From an uncultured archaeon (GTDB taxonomy: Archaea > Iainarchaeota > Iainarchaeia > Iainarchaeales > GCA-2688035), in NCBI GenBank assembly GCA_964354805.1, contig CAYHBD010000009.1, positions 32,001 through 96,000 of the forward strand: 64,000 bases of DNA, given 5' to 3'. Both the position numbers and the translations under genes were made by a program. Of the stretch, positions 58,718-64,000 are shown in pieces. The notes under the pieces were generated by a model, which saw nothing but the letters and a program-made list of their open reading frames with translations, did no database searches and was not told the DNA's origin. Position 1 is the first letter of the stretch, and each line of letters starts with the position of its first letter.

Positions 58718-60493
58718 ATGGTTATAAGGCAGCCGATTATCACAGTGCTCGGGCACGTGGACCACGGAAAAACGAAATTGCTTGACGCAATCAGGGGCAC
58801 TGCTGTTGCGGAAAGGGAAGCAGGCGCAATAACCCAGCACATTGGCGCTACTGCAATGCCAATTGAATTGATTAAAAAAATCGCGGGAGAGCTGATCGAG
58901 CAATATGGCTTCAAGGTGAATCTGCCAGGCCTATTGTTCATTGACACACCAGGGCATGCAGCTTTTGCTTCACTGAGGGAGAGAGGGGGCAGCATTGCCG
59001 ACCTGGCTGTCCTGGTTGTTGACCTGACACAGGGATTTCAGCCTCAGACAATTGAGGCAATCAATATTCTGAAAGCATTCAAAACGCCTTTTGTTGTTGC
59101 TGCAAACAAGATTGATTTGCTGCCTGAATGGAGCAGCGTACGCGGAAATTTTTCACTGAATGCAAAGCAGCAGAGCCAGAAAGCGCTTGTTTTGCTTGAT
59201 GAAAAAATTTACGGCTTTGTGGGAAAACTGCACCAGGCAGGCTTCCAAAGCGAGCGGTTTGACAGGTGCGCTGATTTCTCAAAGCAGGTTCCGATTGTTC
59301 CACTGAGCGCAAAAACAGGCGAAGGCCTACCGGAACTGTTGATGCTTTTAACAGGATTAAGCCAGCGCTTCCTTGGAAAGCGCTTGTCGATTGACGAAAA
59401 TGAAGCGGGAAAAGCCACAATTGTTGAAGTGAAAGAGGAAAAAGGCCTTGGCAAAACAGTCGATGTTATTTTGTACAGCGGAATGCTGCGCATTAACGAC
59501 AGGATTGTTTTGGGCGGAAAACAGGGGGTAATTGAAACAAAGGTCAGGGCACTGCTGCTGCCAATGCCACTGCAGGACAGCAACGGGCACGGGGTGGAAA
59601 AATTTTTGAATGTGAAGGAAGTGCATGCAGCCGCAGGAGTGAAGATTGCTGCCCCCTGCCTTGAGGATGCTTTGGCAGGCTCGCCTCTGCTGGTTGCAAA
59701 GGGCACACTGGAAAAAGCTGTTGTTGAAAAAGATGTTGCTGCAGTAAAAAGGGAAACCAGCGCTGTTGGACCAGTGCTCAGGGCTGACACTTTGGGCGGC
59801 CTTGAGGCATTTGCTGTTTTGCTTGAAAAAGAGGCAAAGATGCAGCTGCGAAAAGCTGATGTCGGCGATGTTACGAGAAGGGATGTGATGGACGCGATTG
59901 CGGTGAAAGAAAAGGACTGCTTGAAGGGAATCATTTTTGCATTCAATGTGAAAGTTGAAGAGGCTGCAGAAGAAGAAGCCAAGAAGCACGAGATAAAAAT
60001 TTTCAGGGGAAACGTGATTTACAAATTGATTGAAGACTTCAACCAGTGGGTGCAGCAGAAAGAGGCCGAACGGCAGCAGGCAGCGCTTTCACAGCTTACT
60101 CTGCCTGCAATGATGCGGTTTTTGCCGGGATTTGTTTTCAGGCATAACAAGCCTGCAATAATCGGGGTGAAGGTGCTTGAAGGCAAGCTAAGACCAGGCG
60201 TGAGATTAATGAATGAAAAAGGAATTATTTTTGGCAGGGTTGCAGCAGTCCAGGTGCAGGGCAAAGGCATTGAGCAGGCTGCAAAAGGCCAGGAGGTTGC
60301 TGTTTCAATTGAAAAGGGCGTTGTCGGGAGAAATTTAAAGGAAAACAAGGTGTACTACACTTTCATTCCGCAAAAACAGTTCCCCCAACTGGCAGGGCTT
60401 TGCAATTTTTTCAATTCGGATGAACTGGAATTGATTGAAGAGATTAAAAAACTGGTTGAAAAAGCCAAGGAAGAAGAGGAGGTTGCTGAATGA
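58718..60493 (+). CDS. infB: Translation initiation factor aIF5B (IF-2)
   Basis: RQPII.VLGHVDHGKT.LLD, GAITQHIGA, DTPGH..F..LR.RGG, NKID. Confidence 0.97.
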   Translation: MVIRQPIITVLGHVDHGKTKLLDAIRGTAVAEREAGAITQHIGATAMPIELIKKIAGELIEQYGFKVNLPGLLFIDTPGHAAFASLRERGGSIADLAVLVVDLTQGFQPQTIEAINILKAFKTPFVVAANKIDLLPEWSSVRGNFSLNAKQQSQKALVLLDEKIYGFVGKLHQAGFQSERFDRCADFSKQVPIVPLSAKTGEGLPELLMLLTGLSQRFLGKRLSIDENEAGKATIVEVKEEKGLGKTVDVILYSGMLRINDRIVLGGKQGVIETKVRALLLPMPLQDSNGHGVEKFLNVKEVHAAAGVKIAAPCLEDALAGSPLLVAKGTLEKAVVEKDVAAVKRETSAVGPVLRADTLGGLEAFAVLLEKEAKMQLRKADVGDVTRRDVMDAIAVKEKDCLKGIIFAFNVKVEEAAEEEAKKHEIKIFRGNVIYKLIEDFNQWVQQKEAERQQAALSQLTLPAMMRFLPGFVFRHNKPAIIGVKVLEGKLRPGVRLMNEKGIIFGRVAAVQVQGKGIEQAAKGQEVAVSIEKGVVGRNLKENKVYYTFIPQKQFPQLAGLCNFFNSDELELIEEIKKLVEKAKEEEEVAE

Positions 60494-60978
60494 AACTTGT
60501 AATTAGCGAACCGAAAACAGGGAAAGCATTCAACAAAAAAACAGACGCGCCGGTTTTCATAAACAGGCGCATTGGAGAAGAGGTTGACCTGGGCAGCGTT
60601 GGATTGGCAGGCTTCAAGGCGAAAATAACAGGCGGCAGCGACAAACAGGGATTTCCGATGAAGCCGACTGTTGCAGGCCAGGCAAGAAAAAAGGCTCTGC
60701 TCAAAAAAGGCATTGGCTTCAGGCCCCACAGAAAAGGGTTAATCAAGAGAAAAAGCGTCAGGGGAAACACAATCAGCACTGAGACAGCCCAATTGAACCT
60801 TGTTGTAACGCATTACGGCGAAAAGCCATTGAGCGAACTGCTGTCAAGCGGCACAGAGAAAAAAGCAGATGAAAAGGAAACAGCAAAAGAAAGGCTTGTC
60901 AGAGAAAGCCTTGAAAGCGTTGGAAAAACAGAGCTCGCGGAAGACGCAAAAAAAATTAAGGGAAAAGTAAGGGGATAA
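60490..60978 (+). CDS. rps6e: 30S ribosomal protein S6e
   Basis: ITGGSD..GFPM, RKSVRGN.I....QLN. Confidence 0.95.
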   Translation: MKLVISEPKTGKAFNKKTDAPVFINRRIGEEVDLGSVGLAGFKAKITGGSDKQGFPMKPTVAGQARKKALLKKGIGFRPHRKGLIKRKSVRGNTISTETAQLNLVVTHYGEKPLSELLSSGTEKKADEKETAKERLVRESLESVGKTELAEDAKKIKGKVRG

Positions 60979-61004
60979 CCGGCAAAAATCTAAATTTTGG
61001 TGCT

Positions 61005-62525
61005 ATGCTGATGCAGAAAAAGATGAATAATCCAAAAACAGGGCACGCTGCCAAGAGCAAAGAGCCAGCGGCAACGCAAGAGGAAAAAAAGCAAACAGGA
61101 AAAATAGCAGGGGCTGAGCCAAAACAGGGGAAAGCAACGCAAAAAGAGCAAACAGCAGAGCCAGCGCAGGAAAAAAAGCAAACAGCAAAAGAGCAGGCAG
61201 AGGAAAAAAAACACGCAGAAAAAAAGGAATCAGGGGCACAAGAAGCAGAACAGGCAAAGCGGCAAAAAGAGCAAACAGCAGAGCAAATGAAAGAAAAAAA
61301 GCATGCGCCAAAAGAAGAGAGTGGGGAGGCAGTGCAGTACGCAGAGCAGGCTGTAATAAACATTGGCATGGTTGGACATGTTGACCACGGCAAAACCTCA
61401 CTGACCCTTGCATTGACTGGAAAATGGACCGACACGCACAGCGAGGAATTGAAGAGGGGAATCTCAATCAGGCTTGGATACGCCGATGTCACATTCTACA
61501 AGTGCGGCAGCTGCAGGGGAAGCGAAGCCTACGGCAACAAGCAGGTTTGCCCACTTTGCGGAAAAAAGTGCGAGAAATTGAGGAGAGTTAGCTTTGTTGA
61601 TGCGCCGGGACATGAAACCCTTCTTACAACAATGCTGAGCGGTGCAGCCCTAATGAATGCAGCTATTCTTGTAATTGCAGCAAACGAGCAATGCCCGCAG
61701 CCCCAGACAGAAGAGCACCTGATGGCGCTGAAAATTGCGGGCATAAACAACATTGTTGTAGCGCAGAACAAGATTGATCTGGTTGAAATGGAGCAGGCAA
61801 TAGAGAACAGGAAACAGATTGAACAGTTTCTGTCAAAAAACGGCTACAACAATATCCCGATTGTCCCTATTTCAGCAAACTTTTCAACAAACATTGATTT
61901 GCTGATAGAGGCGCTTGAACAACACATGCCAACCCCTGAATTTGACGTGAAAAAACCGCTAATAATGTATTGCGCAAGAAGCTTTGACATAAACAGGCCA
62001 GGAACACTGCCAGCTGAACTGAACGGCGGCATAGTCGGCGGAACAATAATCCAGGGAAAAGCAAAATCAGGGGATTCAATTGAAATTGCCCCTGGAGTTG
62101 ACGGAACTGTGCTGCTGACAAAAATAAGGAGCCTGAGCAGCAGCGTCGCTCAACTGCGTGAAGCGATTGCAGGCGGCCTGATTGCAATTGGAACAGGGCT
62201 TGACCCAAGCATAACGCAGAATGACAGGATGCGGGGTCAGATGATTGGGCATGAGCATGTCCTGCCTGTCGCGGTTAACAAGCTGCAGCTGCAGTTGAAT
62301 TACATTGAAAGGCTTGTCACAAGCGTTGACAGCAAAATAAAGCCAAGGGAACAGGTTGTTTTGACAATCGGAACAATGACAGTGCTTGCTGTTGTTGAAA
62401 GCATACAGGGCAACAACGCAAAAATTTCCATGAACAACAAGGCTGTTGTCCTGCCAAAACAGAGGATTGCGGTAAGCAAAAAAGACAAAGGCAGATGGAG
62501 ATTGGTTGCATATGCTGTCGCATAA
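61005..62525 (+). CDS. eif2g: Translation initiation factor aIF2 gamma with about 110-aa repetitive N-terminal extension
   Basis: NIGMVGHVDHGKT, ELKRGISIRLGYA, zinc knuckle, DAPGHE, QPQT.EH, NKID. Confidence 0.96.
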   Translation: MLMQKKMNNPKTGHAAKSKEPAATQEEKKQTGKIAGAEPKQGKATQKEQTAEPAQEKKQTAKEQAEEKKHAEKKESGAQEAEQAKRQKEQTAEQMKEKKHAPKEESGEAVQYAEQAVINIGMVGHVDHGKTSLTLALTGKWTDTHSEELKRGISIRLGYADVTFYKCGSCRGSEAYGNKQVCPLCGKKCEKLRRVSFVDAPGHETLLTTMLSGAALMNAAILVIAANEQCPQPQTEEHLMALKIAGINNIVVAQNKIDLVEMEQAIENRKQIEQFLSKNGYNNIPIVPISANFSTNIDLLIEALEQHMPTPEFDVKKPLIMYCARSFDINRPGTLPAELNGGIVGGTIIQGKAKSGDSIEIAPGVDGTVLLTKIRSLSSSVAQLREAIAGGLIAIGTGLDPSITQNDRMRGQMIGHEHVLPVAVNKLQLQLNYIERLVTSVDSKIKPREQVVLTIGTMTVLAVVESIQGNNAKISMNNKAVVLPKQRIAVSKKDKGRWRLVAYAVA

Positions 62526-62907
62526 ACAGCACACCACAATTATTTTTGATTCAAACATTTTGATTGCAATCGAAAGAAAGAAAGCCGATGTGTTTTCAAT
62601 GGCAAGGCAGTTTTTTGGTGAAAGAGTGCGGTTTGGCGTAACAGGGCAGGTGCTGCAGGAACTGCACGAGTTGCAGGACAGGGGCAAAACAATGCAGAAA
62701 GAGGTTAAAATTGCTTTAATGGCTTTGCGCAAAGAGAAAGCCAAGGTAATCAGGGTTGAGGCAGGAAATGCTGATGATTCGCTTGTTGAGGCAGCAGGGA
62801 AGGGCTATTGCATTGCTTCAAACGATAAGGCGTTAAGAAAAAGAATAAAAGGGTTTGGGGTAGCGATTATGTATCTAAGCAAAGAAAAATTGCTGAAAGT
62901 AGCGTAA
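62512..62907 (+). CDS. PIN-domain protein (Fcf1/Utp24-like)
   Basis: IIFDSNIL, V..EL..L, ADDSL, IASND..LRKR; conserved position after aIF2g. Confidence 0.88.
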   Translation: MLSHKQHTTIIFDSNILIAIERKKADVFSMARQFFGERVRFGVTGQVLQELHELQDRGKTMQKEVKIALMALRKEKAKVIRVEAGNADDSLVEAAGKGYCIASNDKALRKRIKGFGVAIMYLSKEKLLKVA

Positions 62908-63040
62908 TTTTGTTGGTTGGAAAAAAAAATCCATAGTTTAAACAAAATGAAAGAAAAAAAAAAGGCAATTTCCGCAGGTGAAAAAATCAGTAGTTGGTTA
63001 AAGTGAAAGAAAAAGATGGTAATTCCGGCAGGTGAAAAAA

Positions 63041-63682
63041 ATGTATAGTTTGGTTAAAGTGAAAGACAAGGTGAGGGTTCCGCCAAAGCAGTTCACATCA
63101 AAATTGGAGAAAAGCGTTCTTGGTATGGTTCAGCAGGAATACGAAGGCCTTGTTGATGAGGACATCGGCCTTGTTGTAGCCGTGACAAATGTCAGCAATG
63201 TAGGGGAAGGCATTGTTGTGCCAGGAGACGGCAGTGCATACTATGACACGGAAATTGAAATGCTTGTATACAAGCCGCTGATGCACGAAGTGGTTGAAGG
63301 AAACATTAGTGAAATAACAGAGTTCGGCGCATTCGTAAGAATAAGCCCGATTGAAGGATTAATCCACGTTAGCCAGATAATGGATGACTTCATAAACTAT
63401 GATGCGAAAACCCCTTCATTCGTTGGAAAGAAAACAAGAAAGAAGCTGATTGTCGATGACAGCGTTATTGCAAGGATTGTAACAATTTCCTTGAAGGGAA
63501 ACATCCAGAACAGCAAAATCGGCCTGACAATGAGGCAGCCTTTCCTCGGAAAAGAGGACTGGATCAAAATGGACGAAAAAACAATCGGAAAAGACATTGG
63601 AAAAGAGCGAAAGGAGAAGCACGACAAGAGACAAAAAAGCGACAGGGACGAGAAAAAAGAGCAAGCACAAAAAGGGGGATAA
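63041..63682 (+). CDS. rpoE1: RNA polymerase subunit E' (Rpo7)
   Basis: VRVPP..F, PGDG..Y, FGAFV...P.EGL.H.SQ, GLTMRQP.LGK..W. Confidence 0.96.
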   Translation: MYSLVKVKDKVRVPPKQFTSKLEKSVLGMVQQEYEGLVDEDIGLVVAVTNVSNVGEGIVVPGDGSAYYDTEIEMLVYKPLMHEVVEGNISEITEFGAFVRISPIEGLIHVSQIMDDFINYDAKTPSFVGKKTRKKLIVDDSVIARIVTISLKGNIQNSKIGLTMRQPFLGKEDWIKMDEKTIGKDIGKERKEKHDKRQKSDRDEKKEQAQKGG

Positions 63683-63715
63683 CAAAAAAGGGGGACAAAC
63701 AAAAGGGCCATTAAA

Positions 63716-63753
63716 AAGCCTTTCTTTAAAAAAGAAAGCCTTGGGAAAGAAAG
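63716..63753 (+). repeat. REP-like hairpin family copy
   Basis: AAGCC-TTTCTTT-aaa-AAAGAAA-GCCTT-ggg-AAAGAAAG. Confidence 0.7.
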
Positions 63754-63897
63754 AATAAACAGGGGCTAAATAAAGCTTTGAAAAAATGTGAAAAAACAGG
63801 GCAACCTAAAAGGAGAAAGCGGATAAATTGCAATTAAAAAAAGGTTTTTGAAAAAAAAGGAGTAAAAGGAAAAAGCAATTTTTAATCGTGGTTTTTT

Positions 63898-64000
63898 ATG
63901 GTGAAAGAAAAAGCTTGCAGGAACTGCAGAATGGTTGTATTGGAGGGAACAGAGTGCCCGAACTGCGGCGGCGCTGCCTTCACTACATTCTGGAGAGGCT
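63898..64000 (+). CDS. spt4: Transcription elongation factor Spt4 (RpoE''), 3' truncated
   Basis: MVKEKACRNCR......ECPNCG....TTFWRG; follows rpoE1. Confidence 0.9.
   Translation, partial: MVKEKACRNCRMVVLEGTECPNCGGAAFTTFWRG

Overview
Archaeal core-genome window, almost entirely + strand and strongly A-rich on the sense strand. It is probably DPANN (Iainarchaeota/Diapherotrites-like); this is an inference from gene content and style, not a database result. It holds ftsZ, the RNA polymerase/str cluster (rpoH-B''-B'-A'-A''-L30e-nusA-S12-S7-EF2, then EF1a-S10), rpiB, archease-rtcB, two surface proteins, the L3 to secY to L14e and S13 to rpoD to tRNA-Leu to S2 ribosomal superoperon, gltX, and L7Ae-S28e-L24e-dut-aIF5B-S6e-aIF2g-PIN-rpoE'-spt4. 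The gene content is ordinary; the unusual signals lie between and at the ends of genes. (1) Many A-rich spacers are decaying tandem copies of the neighbouring gene start or stop, and two relic 3' ends (rtcB, EF-2) differ from the live gene largely by synonymous changes. (2) A dispersed REP-like hairpin family keeps a C.C mismatch with covarying arms. (3) tRNA-Leu(UAA) has two interdependent introns. (4) A k-turn covers the L7Ae Shine-Dalgarno. (5) A multi-hairpin leader precedes the L3 operon. (6) Orphan genes with basic termini, including a pentein-fold enzyme, are inserted into conserved operons. All alignments, folds and family calls were made by eye.
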